DNA from: Callorhinchus milii
Taxonomy: Eukaryota
DNA: 64,000 nt
Direction: 5' to 3'
NCBI RefSeq assembly: GCF_018977255.1
Contig: NW_024704743.1
Span: 80,230,001-80,294,000, forward strand
In this document: piece after piece, positions 12,718 through 25,420 of the stretch
Layout of the letters: each line of letters opens with the position of its first letter
Numbering within the stretch: the stretch's first letter is position 1
Made by a program: the position numbers and the translations under genes
The notes under the pieces: model-generated
What the model was told of the DNA's origin: nothing
The model's database searches: none
Seen by the model: the letters and a program-made list of their open reading frames with translations, nothing else

Positions 12718-13566
12718 GTTCTTAGCTGGGTTAGCAGTGGGAAGCACGCCAGACAATGGTCACAATGTAAACTATGTGTTTTTAGCTGGTTAAGCGCCAG
12801 CAGTATAACAACACACACTCTGGGGTCCCCAAGCCTTTTTTCTTACCAACCTGCACCTAATATGCTTCAGAATTAGACAGGCAGAGTTGGTCCCTCTGGG
12901 GAAAGAGTATCCATCCCATTCCAGACTCAGGAAAATTTCCATGTGTAAGTTACATAACAGCAACAACAACAAGATTCCATTTATTGAGCGCCTTTCACGT
13001 CGGGAGGACGTCGCAAGGCACTGTACAGTTGGGTCAGGACCCGAGCAGGGGGGAAATGGTCAGGGTGAGGGGAGGGAGGAAGGGGTAGAGAGTCGAGAGG
13101 GGAGCTGAAGGCACGGTCAAAGAGAAAGGTCTTGAGACCGGCCTTGAAGGAGGAAAGGGAGGAAGCAAGGCGAAGGCACTGGGGGATAGAGTTCCAGAGC
13201 CTCGGGGCTGAGAGGCTGAAGGCCCGGCCACCGATGGTAGGGCGGTTGGGGCGGGGGATGTGGAGCAGACCGGAGCCAGAGGAACGGAGGGTACGGGCAG
13301 GTAGGTAGGGGGATAGTAGGTCGGAGAGGTAGGAGGGAGCGAGGCCGTGAATGGCCTTGTAGGTGAGGATGAGGATCTTGAATTCGAGGGTGAGGATGAG
13401 GATCTTGAATTCGAGCAATGAGCAATGAAAGCAATGAATGGCATAAGCAATGAAAGGCATTATACAAATGTAATTTTATTGTTGTTGTTACATACATATG
13501 TGTAATTCTCAGTTTAGTTTTGATACTATTAAGCAGGCTGATGGGTTTCTGCAGCCATCAAACACC
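12718..13566 (+). repeat. Unclassified dispersed repeat, copy B (split by L2 insertions at 12957-13486)
   Basis: CACACTCTGGGGTC...CTGCACCTAATA...ATTCCAGAC, resuming after 13490 (AATTCTCAGTTTAGTTTTGATACTATTAAGCAGGCTGATGGG). Collinear with 15495-15810. Confidence 0.7.
12957..13415 (-). mobile_element. Young 5'-truncated L2 LINE
   Basis: Near-identical to 31955-32492. CATAA target-site duplication at 12953-12957 and 13442-13446. Confidence 0.95.
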
Positions 13567-14724
13567 AGCCAAAAAAAAACCTTTCAAATCAGGAGGACAT
13601 CTCAAAGCATTTCACAGGAATTACTGTAAGGTGTAATGACAGCATTTTAGAGGAACATCAGTTAATATCAATTAACACGTTCTCAAAGACTGTGAAAAGG
13701 ATTAGTCAAGTGTGTAAATCTCGGCTTGATTTTAGTCTTAAAATGAAATACAGCAACAATACTGTTTCAAATGGATTATTACCTTTTTGAAACATCATCT
13801 GAAGAGAGAGCTTCTACTATACTTATTATGGAGGAGGACAAATCCGGGTAACAGAAAAAAAACATTTAAATTTGTTTAATACACTTTGAATTTAAATTTA
13901 ATTTAATATACTTTGAATTTGTCCAGAATTGACTTTTTAATGTGTATTTGATTTTGTATTTTGTTTTGATGATTTTCTTTCAACAGAGTGCAAAATGTCA
14001 TTGGTGGGAATGGAGCATTTGCTCACCATTGGACACAGTCTCAACATTAATAAGTTCCAAGGACAGATATGATGCAAGTGAATACAGATTAGGAACGCTG
14101 TACATGGTTCCATCAAGAATCCACCCACCAACCCCACTTCCCCTAGCTCTCCACTGGAGTGTCAGCTGAGACAATGTGAATTTAAGTCCCGATGTGAACT
14201 CACAGCTTTCTGATTCAGAGGCGAAAGTGCTACCATCTGACACATCTGGGGATAGCACCTTCTCTGTAACATCATGCAACTGCCTGGTGAAATTCTACAT
14301 TTTATTTTACAATCTATTGCAGAATGTACAAAATGGATCATAAAATATTTGGTGAGACATGCCACCTGGATCTAGATTTACTTTATTTTCTTAGTATTTT
14401 AGAGCATCCAGAATTTGGGATGGATTCAGTCTTTACTTCGCAGCTATTTTTCTATAGTTCTTAAAATAATTTACAAGTTAAGTAATTATAAGAATTTGAT
14501 GAATTCTGAATGCTCAGGAATGCTAACAAAGTAGAACAAAGACTCAGTTGGAATTTCTACCCCAATGAGCAATTGGTGGAATTATTCCCATTATTAGTGA
14601 GTATTTGTCTTGGAATCTTAACATATTAACCTGGGGTATAGATTTTACGATCACAGATCCATGACCACACAGAGTTTTCGAGTCTTTTAGCAAATTTGGG
14701 GCTCCAATTTAAATTGCTGTTTAC

Positions 14725-14854
14725 TTTGCACAGCAACCAGAGGATCGGTGAACAAGTATATAAAATAGAATTGTTGATGCCACTTGGAACACTTGTGTAG
14801 ATTTTATCCATCCCTTCTTTGTGCATCAAATAATAATAAGCACTTTCAGGAATA
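14725..14854 (-). other. Candidate 130-nt exon (IPESAYYYLMHKEGMDKIY...ILWLLCK)
   Basis: Acceptor TGTTATTTCCAG, weak donor AAA|GTAAAC, one open frame. Peptide not recognised. Confidence 0.15.
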
Positions 14855-15494
14855 CTGGAAATAACAGATGCCTTGACATCTAACACTGAGGCATCAATTA
14901 AATAGCCAGCTCCAAACACCAGGGAACCCAAGAAAAATGCTTTAGAGCCAAATCAGAAAAGTACATGCATAGTTATTTGGAATGTAATGCCTTCTGGCAG
15001 CTTTGCAGTTCCTAGTATCTTCTACAGGGTCCTATTAAATAGATGACATGGTCTCCTATGAAAACTCCCAAATGTGTAGAAACACAGTGATCTATTCTAC
15101 TAAACTCCATAGATATAACTTAGAAACAGTATGGTTCTGTATTTTCAACTGACTCACTTCAGAGTCCAATCAGAAATGTGAGCCTGCAGCTTTAGATTTC
15201 CCTGTAAACAATATTTGCACTTTTCTTCATCTTCCCCCACCCACCCACCCTCAGCTCCCACTCACGGCTCACATGCCCAGCCCCGTTGAGCGCTTTGAGA
15301 AGTCCTCCCGACATGAAAGGTATTATATAATTTGCATTGTATGTGTCCTACTAACACAGATCGTGACTGCAAATTAGGGGACAATGCAGTAAACCCAGTT
15401 ATAAGGTTTACTGTATACCCACTAGAGTTCATGACTCCAATCTATCTACCCCACCATGACCGGGGAAAGCTTTTAGCTATTCTACCTCTGGCAA

Positions 15495-15810
15495 TGGAAA
15501 GAATGGTCCTAGCTGGGCAAGCCGCAGGAGAGCTTGTCAGACAGAACTATCAATAACAAGCTATGTTACATGAAATTCTGGTGTTAGCTGTTTAGACTTC
15601 AGCAGTACCCTAATGCACACTCTGGGGTCGCAAACTGCACCTAATACTCTCTTGAATCAGGTGAGCAGGATGCATCCCTCCAGGGAGAGACAACATATTC
15701 TATTCCAATAGACTGGCATTTCTATGTGTAGGTGGGATGCATGGAATTCTCAATTTGGTTTGGATACTCTTAAGCATGGTGATGGGCATGTGTCAGACAC
15801 CTGGTTGATC
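15495..15810 (+). repeat. Unclassified dispersed repeat, copy C
   Basis: Uninterrupted copy collinear with copy B. Confidence 0.7.
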
Positions 15811-15851
15811 CCCTGCCCCCCCCACCCCCACACACAAACAAATTGCAGTAT

Positions 15852-16062
15852 CTCATTGTAACACGGTCACTCTCTCCAGAATTCCATGTAACATAGTCAC
15901 TCTCCCGGAATAGTCATTTTCCCGGATACAAGCATCGTGTGTAACATGATCACTGTGTCTCGTTCAGTATCCCATAGAACATGTCCCTCTGTCCAAAACA
16001 GAATTTCATATAACATGGCCACTCTGTCCAACAAGCATCCCATTGTATAATGGTCACTCTAT
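15852..16062. repeat. Degenerate minisatellite, about 6 units of about 33 bp
   Basis: Core resembling CATGTAACATGGTCACTCTGTCC recurs near 15854, 15885, 15938, 15973, 16007 and 16041. Confidence 0.75.
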
Positions 16063-16819
16063 TTTTATAACAATTGTAAAAAAGCATCTAAACATTAGAA
16101 TGAACTGTTTGCTCTCACAAATGATGGCGATGCTCTTCCCGAATCCCCTCCTGATATCCAGTATGAAGGGTGTTATATACCTGCAAACATGACAGTCCAT
16201 TTTATCTCCCCTGAAATAAAGCAGCAGCTAAACTGACAGTAGGGACTTTCAAAAGCAGCCTGGTTTTGAAGAGTGCTCTTTGATGGAATACCAGTCCACG
16301 CTTGCAGCAGTCAGCAACAACTTTATGAACATTTTCATCGTTGGGCTTGATAACCCCAATCACACAAGTCAATAATAATCATTGCATTTGATATAGTGCC
16401 TTATCACGACTTCGAGACATCTTAAAGCGCTTCACAGAATATAATGTAAAGTGAATTGACTTTCCTTGATTTTCCAAGTCCTTGGTCTGTGATTCTTCTA
16501 CAAAGGATTTGAGAAAGCAAATTTTGTGCATTAGGCTCATAGATGTTTTAGTTTTCTTGGATATTTCCTATTGTTTTGACAGTTATTTGTTTTTCTTTTT
16601 TTGTATTTATTCAAACGTTCCATGTTTTTCTGAATTGCCAATGAATTTTTGTCATGAATAATAATTATTTCTGTCTTTCACTTTCTGAAGGGTTCCAGCA
16701 TTGCCTTCATAAGTTCTGATTTTAAAGGTAATAGTAAGGAAAGTGTTGCTTCGGTATTGTCCTGCTGGCCCATTGGTCTGAGTGTGAAATACTGGGGTAA
16801 AGCAACATGAGAAATATAA

Positions 16820-17095
16820 AAAGAAAGAACTTGCATTTTAATAGCATTTTATCAATAACAAGCAAAGCACCCAAGTGCTTGCTAAAGAGGGAGAGAGATG
16901 GAGAAGAAAAGGTAACATAAAGTATAGGGTCAAAGAGTTAGGTCTTAAGGTGGGCTTTGAAGATGGAGAGGGAAGGGATGAGGTGGAGGGAATCCGGGAT
17001 AGAGCTCCAGAGCACGTGGGCAGTATGTCTGACCCCACCCATCGATTCTTGCAGGGGGAGGGACTTGAAATTGGCCAGTTTTAGTGGAGCATAGA
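16820..17095 (-). mobile_element. Old L2 3' fragment
   Basis: GAAAGAACTTGCATTTTAATAGCA tail plus GGTCTTAAGGTGGGCTTTGAAG. Confidence 0.6.
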
Positions 17096-17261
17096 GAGAA
17101 GAGAGCTGGACCCAATGCCTCTGGGCTTATTATATGTTATTTTTATCACCTTTTTTTTAGTCAATAAGAGTGCAGTGTTCGGCCCTCCTTGGTATGTCAA
17201 TGCTGCGAAAGTAATGCGTACCAAGAGTAATTTGGCTCAATGTAGAACCTAAAATCTCCGA

Positions 17262-17712
17262 TCTGCTCACATTCCACTCCATTACCCGTTGTCTTCACTC
17301 AGCTGGCTCAGCTCTTCTGCACAACCCTTGATCCTTCTGCTCCATCATTATCCACCATGCTTTCAGCCACAATGCCCTGAATCTCTGTAACTTTCTATCT
17401 CAAACCCTCCATTTTGCTAGTCTGGAACCCCTTGGCCTTGCCCCCTTCCTTGCCTCCTTCAAGGTCTGTCTCAAGACCTTCCTTTTCGACTGTGCCTTTG
17501 GTCATCTTCCCTCCCCAACCCCCCTTGCCCTCCATCCCAATCAATCAATCCTCCCAACATGAAAGATACTAGATAAATGCAATTTGTTGTTCAAATCACA
17601 GCAGAAGATTTTCCTTTTCGAACGTACCTTCGGTCACCTCCCTCTCTTTCCAGCTCGACATCAAACCACATCGCTGTTCAGTGCTCTGAGATGCTATTCG
17701 TGTGAGTTGTTG
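17262..17712 (+). mobile_element. Old L2 3' fragments (composite)
   Basis: CCTCCTTCAAGGTCTGTCTCAAGACCTTCCTTTTCGAC and two degenerate tails. Confidence 0.65.
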
Positions 17713-19232
17713 TAAAATTTGCAAAACGTCTGGGCTGTTGTACTGTCACCTGGTTGCTGTAGTTTACTCCAGTATTAAATTAGAAACATTGAAAACTTTC
17801 CACATGCGCCTCACCCAAAAAAATACATTATTGTCTTAATTTAATTCCTCCTATTGTTATTCACCATTTTCATATATATGGTAATTACAAACCCTCTCCA
17901 TGCTTGTGAATGGGATGTTGTGGAGTTGTAGACATCTTCCCAGCTCTTCCCTTCTCTCCACCAATATTATTCTACACTTCACCAAAGAGAGATACAATTT
18001 GACAAGCACCTTACCTCTGCATGACTCCATACAGCAGGTCAGAGCGTCTAATTGACCAAAGTAAACAATTCTGAGTAACAAGTAGCCCTAAGACTTAAGC
18101 CAGTAACTTTCTGGTTGGGAGTCAAGGGCACTTTTTGTTTGAGCTAGCAGCTTATCCCTTGAGACAAGAGACTATAAAAGGGTTCAATTCTAGACCGACT
18201 GAAATAAAAAAAGGCTACGCTTTACTCATCCATCATTTCAGCATTATTGTTGCTGCATTCTCAATTCTCCAGCCTCCCCCTTCATTTATATTGTGCATGT
18301 TCCTTCCTCCATAACAAAAAGGAAAACACGTAAAGTTCACAGCACTTGGCGAAGCATAGACTGAATTCCGCACACACGAGAAGAACTTTAACAATTCTGA
18401 TTAAATTCAGTTACTTTCAAAGAATGATCACCAGTTTTGAGTGGTAGCAATATGGGACATGTTCTGTTGGGAATAACAAAAAAGCCATTCTTTGTGACAG
18501 GACCTTGTTAAAACAATTGAAAGCTCAGAGTGTGAAGTTTCCATTTTTATCAGGCAGAGTCTACTGTGGCTGGTAGCCGCATAAACTGTTAACATTCAGA
18601 TGAAACAACAAGAATTTTGAGGTGTTAGGAGAGGTGGGTTTAATATGCAGCATGTAAATTTTATGTAGAAGAGAATCCATAACAGGGTTAAAAAGTGGCT
18701 CATTACGTGGGAGTGAGTTTGACTCTTAGAATTTGATACACTTGAGTAAAATGTGCAGTGATATCAATATACATTATTTCTGAAAGAAGCTAAACTAATA
18801 GTTCTTCTGTTGAGATGAAATATTAACCCACTCCACTCCATCAAGGGTGTTAATCCATCTTCACTCTTGTCTGTATTGTGGGATTGCTACAGTCCTACAT
18901 TACTGTGAGCAAGATGGCAGCTTAGCCTTATAATGAGGAAGTATCTTAAAGCATTTCACAATAATGAGGACTTTTGTGAATTGCAGTAAATTATTTTTTA
19001 AGCAAACATGGCAGATAACACATCCCATAAACAAAATTCACCTACAAAACAAAGAGTCACACCCTGCAAACAACATTCACCTACAAAGTCACCTCACTTT
19101 GCTGTACATCCTGTGAAGTGTTTTGAGACATCCTCCATCCTTCCAACATGAAAGGCACTATATCAAATCCAAGGATTATTATTATAATGACCTGATATGT
19201 TATGAATTTCAGAATAAGAGGATTATCTAAAA

Positions 19233-19310
19233 CAAGGTTGGCCAATTTGCAGCCCATGTGACTTTATTCATGCATAATGAGGCTCACGGGCCATAAGTTG
19301 GTCATCCCTG
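19233..19310. mobile_element. 78-bp hAT (Charlie-like) MITE
   Basis: Left end CAAGGTTGGCCAATTTGCAGCCCATG versus reverse-complemented right end CAGGGATGACCAACTTATGGCCCGTG. Flanks ATCTAAAA and AACTAAGA match at 6 of 8 positions, as for a decayed 8-bp duplication. Confidence 0.6.
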
Positions 19311-19905
19311 AACTAAGAATATCAGGAGAACTCTCAACGCAGTTGTTTGAAATAGTGTTAGAGGGTCTTTAAGATCTATCTAAACACTTGCATTGGGAGA
19401 CAGAGCCCTGGTTTGATAGCTTAGCCAAAGGATGACACCTCCAACAATGCAGCCCTCCTCCATTATTTCACTGGAGAATCAGTTTAGATCATGCACTCAA
19501 TCCTAGATGTCAGCTTGGCTCAGGTGGTAGCACTTTCATCTCCAAGTCAGAAGGTTGTGGGCTCAAGCCTCCAAATCTTAATTGTGCCAAATGTCATTTG
19601 GCACAATTAAGATTTATTTTGCCAAATAAGGGATTTTGTTGCAATGCGCGTACATTCAGATTCAAATCTGCATCCGTATCCCTCATCACTCTCAGTTGGG
19701 GGTACTTGGATAGCACTCAAAGTCTCTCGTCTCATTATAGATTGTGGAGGAGGATAGGTTTTAACTGCATTTTGATTAGATTCCACTTTCTGGCTTCAAA
19801 TCCCAGATATCCAAATGCCAAAGTGAGAATATTCCTGTTTCATCAAAAACAGACATTGCTCTCCACACCAGCAGCCAAAATGAATAACAGTTGACTTTTA
19901 TATTT

Positions 19906-20215
19906 AATAATAATAATCCTTGCATTTGATATAGCGCCTTATCACGACATTGAGACAGACGTCTCAAGGTGTTTCACAGAATATACTGTACAGTGAATTG
20001 ACTGTATATTTTGTAGGAGAAACGGGGCAGCCAATTGCACACAGCAGTGTCCCACAAACAGTTGTGGATTAAGTGATCAAATTATTATCATTTTTTTAAA
20101 GGGATTATTACCCCGGAAAAGCGATCCGCAAATTGACTAACAACCAGGTTCCTACTTACTGCTAGGTGAACATAAGCATGTGAAGTAAGGAAACCTACCT
20201 AAGGTATCGCCCTGC
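19906..20215 (-). mobile_element. Long-subtype SINE lacking the tRNA head
   Basis: Tail, body and insert match the copy at 47056-47419. Confidence 0.88.
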
Positions 20216-20239
20216 CACATCTTCCCCTATCTTAAAGAA

Positions 20240-20452
20240 ACTGATAGGTGGTACCAATTAAGGTGGTAAGAGGTAGAATCCTTTGTGAGTCTATTGAAGG
20301 AAGTTGACAGGAACTTGAAAGAGAAAGGCTGGAAGGGATATGGGGAGAAGGCAGGGCAGTGGGATTGAATGAACATTTGCTTTGAGAGCCAATGCAGACT
20401 TAATGGCCCAAAAGGACTCCTGCTGCGCTGTAAATTTCTAGGATTCTATGAT
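20240..20452 (+). mobile_element. CR1-clade 3' end
   Basis: GGGATATGGGGAGAAGGCAGGGCAGTGGGATT...TTCTAGGATTCTATGAT. Confidence 0.7.
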
Positions 20453-21859
20453 CAAGTCAATCTTAACGTAAATATAGAAATTGGTCAAAATGTATGTAGT
20501 AGGAAAAAAAATAAATTTGCGATGTTCAATAACTAGTACAAGGGATATATTATTGATGGTCACAAAAATATTATTACTATCGCCATCATAAATTTACAAG
20601 GCAAATTGATACAGTTCAGTGAAGTCACTAGCTACCAGCTTGAAATAACGCCACAGAGTTGAATCATTTCTGCAATCATTCAGACAGATAAAGAGATTAG
20701 AAGAAACTGACCCTGTTTAGTTGGTTTCCTGTTTTACGGCATTAGGTCACTTTGAGATATTTGTTACAGAAAATGGGTTGTCAAACATCACAAATCTCAG
20801 ATTATTTCCTTTCCTTTGGATTTGAATGAGCTTCTGGTGCTCTTGCACAGTCAGGGTAGGAAGTGGCATTGTTATTATTTAAAGAATGAAACGAATGTTA
20901 GGGGAAAGGTTCATATTAAGAAAAATTAATCCACAATTCCAAAAATAACCCACATGGGTTTGCCCACAAAATACACATGGTCCCTTTACAGTGTATCCGG
21001 TGAAGCCCTTTGAGATGCCTTGAAAACATGATAAGCACTACATCAAATGCAAGGATTATTATTATTATATAAAATGCCAAGCCTCAATAAGTAATCCTGC
21101 TCTGACCAAAGAATAGAGAAATATTCTTGACAGCTAAATGAAGAAAATAAAAGAGTAACATATAGAGAGGAAATAGTTTGCTACTGTTTGCTACTGTAGT
21201 TTAATTTCCTTTGAAGAAAACATCTTGTTGTAAAGTAGGATCCAAGGAGCAGTCACCAGCCTTGGAAGAAATGGTGTGATTAGTCTAAAAGCTTTTTCAC
21301 ACAACAATGTTAAAACTCTCTGACCTTTTTCTAACATGATCAGCTTTGGATCCTGATTTCACTCCTTACCAATGTGAGTAACACCCTAGAATGTGCTCTT
21401 TCACCCCCACAGAAAGCCATGCATTCAAAAACTGAGTTCAAGAATGGAGAAACAGGGAGACAAAATACGATCGGCAGAAAGGCAGTAAATAGAAAAGAGC
21501 TTTATTATTTAAAAGCACAAAGATGGCTCTGAGAACATTCGCCTGTCCAAAAGCATGAATTTGCAATCATTTTAAAACCTACAAATATTTGCTAAATACA
21601 TTCTGTGCCTTATTAATTAATGTTAAAATGTACTTCGAAATCCATCCCTTCCCTTCAACCCCCTGACCCGATGTCTTCTGAATAATGAAAGAACTAACAG
21701 GCTGCGAAATGCTGGTATTCACAATCTTGAATTTCCAATTAATTGTTTTTGAATCGAGAGTGGACTTTCAAAGGATGCTTTACAGGATCTCAATTTCGTT
21801 AAACCGTCATTCTGTAAAATGGCCTTGAAAGATCACAGTCCAGTTCCCAAAGATCAGTA

Positions 21860-22105
21860 TGGATGATAAGATTGGTTTCAACCCATCTGATCTTATCCTT
21901 CCATCAAATGCCCACCCTATCGTCCCCCATCTCAGCATCAAACCGTTATTTAAATGAGTCCGGTGTTCTGGCTTCAACCACCTTTCCTGGCAACCTGTTC
22001 CAGTCATTGAGTAAAGAAAAAACTTACTGTCTGCCTGTCTGAAGCTGCCCTTTGCAATCTTAAATCTATGTCCTCTTGTTCTACTGTCTTCAAAAACTTC
22101 AGCCA
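21860..22105 (-). mobile_element. CR1-clade 3' fragment
   Basis: SRTRGHRFKI peptide (CR1 C-terminal TRGH motif). Inverted relative to the related copy at 24310-24640. Confidence 0.7.
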
Positions 22106-23990
22106 TAAAAATATAAAGAATCTGAATAGCGTTTTTTTCAAGGTAGCGACTGCCGGAGATGCCGTATTATTTTTATCTCTTGCCTGGATGCATGGATCTC
22201 TGGAATGCCTAACTCAATCGCTGAGGCTGGTGCTCCACCCACCTGTACAGTGAGGATTAAAAATTAGCTGTGATTCTTTCAGGCCAGGCCTAAAAAGATG
22301 GCATTTGCCAACCATTATTGTTTTTATAGCCAGAATTGAGGTTTTGAATCTTGGCATTTTAATGGCCTATCAGAGGATAATAACAAAATTGATATCCTAT
22401 AAAAAAGCTTGCTGGGTTAAAAATAATAGCTATGCTAAATTGAAATCAAAATGGCATCAGAAATTGGGAGAAAAGGGTGTATTTCAAAACACAGCTCATC
22501 AACATTCCTTAAATGAGAAATTGGATTATTTAGTAAAAGCACATCTTTGAGCCCATTTTATTATTTCACATTATTTCTAATGGTGTGATGATACAGTTGA
22601 ATTGAACTGTTATCCACACCAATGTGTAACACCGAACAAATGCTAAACACTGTCAATCACATGCATGTCATTGGATTGTGTCTGATTGCTCTCAGAGTCT
22701 CAGTGTCTAAACGCTCTGAGATGTTGCCCTGCGTGGAGGGTGCTATATAAGTGCAAGTTGTTGTTGTTAATTCCATGCTATATCAAGTGCATTGGATAAA
22801 ATGCCACATGCAGTTACATGTTGCCTTTTTAGTGTTCGTTGGCTTATACTGTATATGAGGCAGATAGTAAATAATCACGCTGCAATTTATTCCTGTGATG
22901 TGTTATATACAGTTCTACTTTTTTATTTGTTGGGACAGGGGACTGTATACTGTGTATAAGTGTGTACAGTACAGATAATATATATTGTCTCTGAGTCCAA
23001 AGGTGGTGCAATCAAGCACCATGTTGGGCTTTGAACTTAAGTAGACCAGACTAACACTTCAATGCAGTGCTACAACTAACAATCCTCCCAAGTAAAATGG
23101 TTATTCTAATTTTGAAAAGCATAGCTGTTTGTGGAACATTGCTATGTGAGAATTGTCTGCCACGTGTGACAACAAAATACAGTCACTACACTTTACAGTA
23201 AATCCTGAGAAGCACTTTAAGATGTCCTCCCAACATGAAAGGTGCCATATCAAATGCAAGGATTATTATTATTATAATGTATCAAACAATCTCCTAAATT
23301 AAGCAAATGACTTTTTAATGTTTTACGTAAACAGCACAATAAATACTGAGTTGACTGCTGGTGCACGGAATACATGACACACCAAATAATGCCTGACTCC
23401 AGCAGTCATGAGGCTCAAAGACCTAATAAAGACCAAGGGACTTTCAAAAGTGAGGTGAGCTAACAGAACTAATTGGTGCAGACAACTCCTGGAGGTGATA
23501 ACTGGGCACATTAGAGAAGCTGAAAAAAGCACAAAGCACTGGAGAAAATTCGGGACAGGAAACACGTGAGGCTACTAGCAGATTAAGATAGGAATTAGTG
23601 GAGCATATGAATAAAAAAGCGAAGTTGGTTTGCAGGTGAGACAGAATTTCTACACTCAGAGAGTTATTAGAATGTGGAATTCATTATCACAAGTGACTAT
23701 TAATGCCGGATCATTCAAAAGACGACTGGATAAACAGTAAAACATGAAGGAATTTGGGGGAAAAAAATAAAGGGTAGCTTAGAAGGATAAGTAACAGTGC
23801 TGCAGACACATTGTATTTGTATAGCGCCTTTCAAGACGGGAGGACGTCCCAAGGTGCTTCACAATATATGCTGTGAAGTGGAGTGATTGTGTATTTGTAG
23901 GCTAACCTAACAGCCCAATTGAACACAGGAATGTCCCACAAACAGCCATGGAGTGACAGAATTTCCCAAAGGGGACGTTGAAAGGATTTT

Positions 23991-24302
23991 ATAATAATAA
24001 TAATCCTTGCATTTGATATAGCGCTTTTCACGTCAGGAGGACATCCCATAGCGCTTCACAGAACACGCTGTAAAGTGAATTGACTGTATATTGTGGGCGA
24101 ACGCAGCAGCCAATTGCGCACAGCAGTGTCCCGCTAACAGTCGTGGATTGAGTGACCAAGTTATTATTGTTTTTTTTTCTTTAGGGTGTATTATCAGGTG
24201 TGTGGAGTAAAGAAACTTGCCCAAGCTTTCGTCCTGCCGGGAATTGAACTCGGGTCTCTCGCTTGCAAGGCGAGTGCTCTAACCACTGAGTTACAGGATT
24301 CC
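23991..24302 (-). mobile_element. Short-subtype tRNA-Ala SINE, complete
   Basis: Matches 848-1168. Confidence 0.9.
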
Positions 24303-24309
24303 TTGAGCA

Positions 24310-24640
24310 ACAAATAGGCAAGCTAGGACTCTTTGATCTTGAGAGAAGACGACTCAGAGGGGACCTCAGAGAGGTGTATAACATTTTAAATAAGATTGAA
24401 ATAGTAAACCCAGATCAATATTTTAGGATGCAAAAAGACATAGGTTTAGAGTTGTAAAGGGCAATCTCAGGCCCGATATTAGGAAGTATTTCTTTAACCA
24501 GAGGGTAATCAACAACTGATTCAAGTTGTTAGGTAAGGTGGGTGAGAACACCTGGATTCATTTAAAAAGCAGCTTAATGCAGTGATGGGGAGATGGTAGG
24601 GTGGGTATTCTGGAAGGATGAGTTTGGATGGATCGAATAT
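24310..24640 (+). mobile_element. CR1-clade 3' fragment
   Basis: LGLFDLERRRLRGDL peptide, a CR1 C-terminal motif. Confidence 0.75.
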
Positions 24641-25420
24641 ACAATCAGGCCCAAGCAGTATTAAGATATTTTGGAATATTTGTTCATCTCAGAATGTACA
24701 TGCCCCTATTATTTCAATACTGTTACAAAAGAATTCTCTCATGGTTTACCCCCAAAATACACTCAGCCACATTACATCCCAATAGATCCTGTGAAACGCT
24801 TTGAGAAGTCTTGATGACTTGATAAGGCACTATATCAAATGCAAGAATTATTTTTTAGTATCATTATTTATACTTTTCCATTTTGGTGAAGAAATTAACT
24901 CATAATATTTACTGCTTTTTGTTAGACGTCTTTTGCCTCACCACTCCTCTGTAGGGAAAAATAATCATTCCATTCCTTAGCTTGTTTGAAATGTGCTCAT
25001 TTAAAACCTACGTGCTCTCATTCTATATTCAAATATCCAGCATTTACATTGCCTAAGCCTTTCAGTATTTTAGATGTCTAAATCATGCTTCCGCATCCCA
25101 TCCTCCTTTTCTAATGAGAATGAGTTCACTTCTGCAAGTTTCTCTTCATTACCAAGCCTGTCACTCTTCCCTGAACTCTCTCCAATGCATCAAAGTTGGT
25201 TGTTAAGTATGCATACAGTGGTGTTGTAAAAAGCATTGCACTGGCAGCTTATGCTGTAGAAAGCGTCTCACATGTAAACACCATTTTTTATAGGGGATCA
25301 TCTTTATGTCATATTGACTCATGACAGCTTGGCTTGCTTGGATGAAATCCTGGCCCAAAGTCAAGATCTTAGGAGCCAGGGTGATGTACAGCGATTTCCC
25401 TGTGGAAAACAGGTTACCTC

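Noticed and set aside
15852..16062. CRISPR-like array
   Set aside because: Repeats are not identical, linkers are short and related, the context is eukaryotic and there are no cas genes.
13781..21430. Additional minus-strand splice-site pairs (near 13781, 16180, 18015, 21369)
   Set aside because: Some can be chained in frame, but the signals are mixed and such pseudo-exons are expected by chance.
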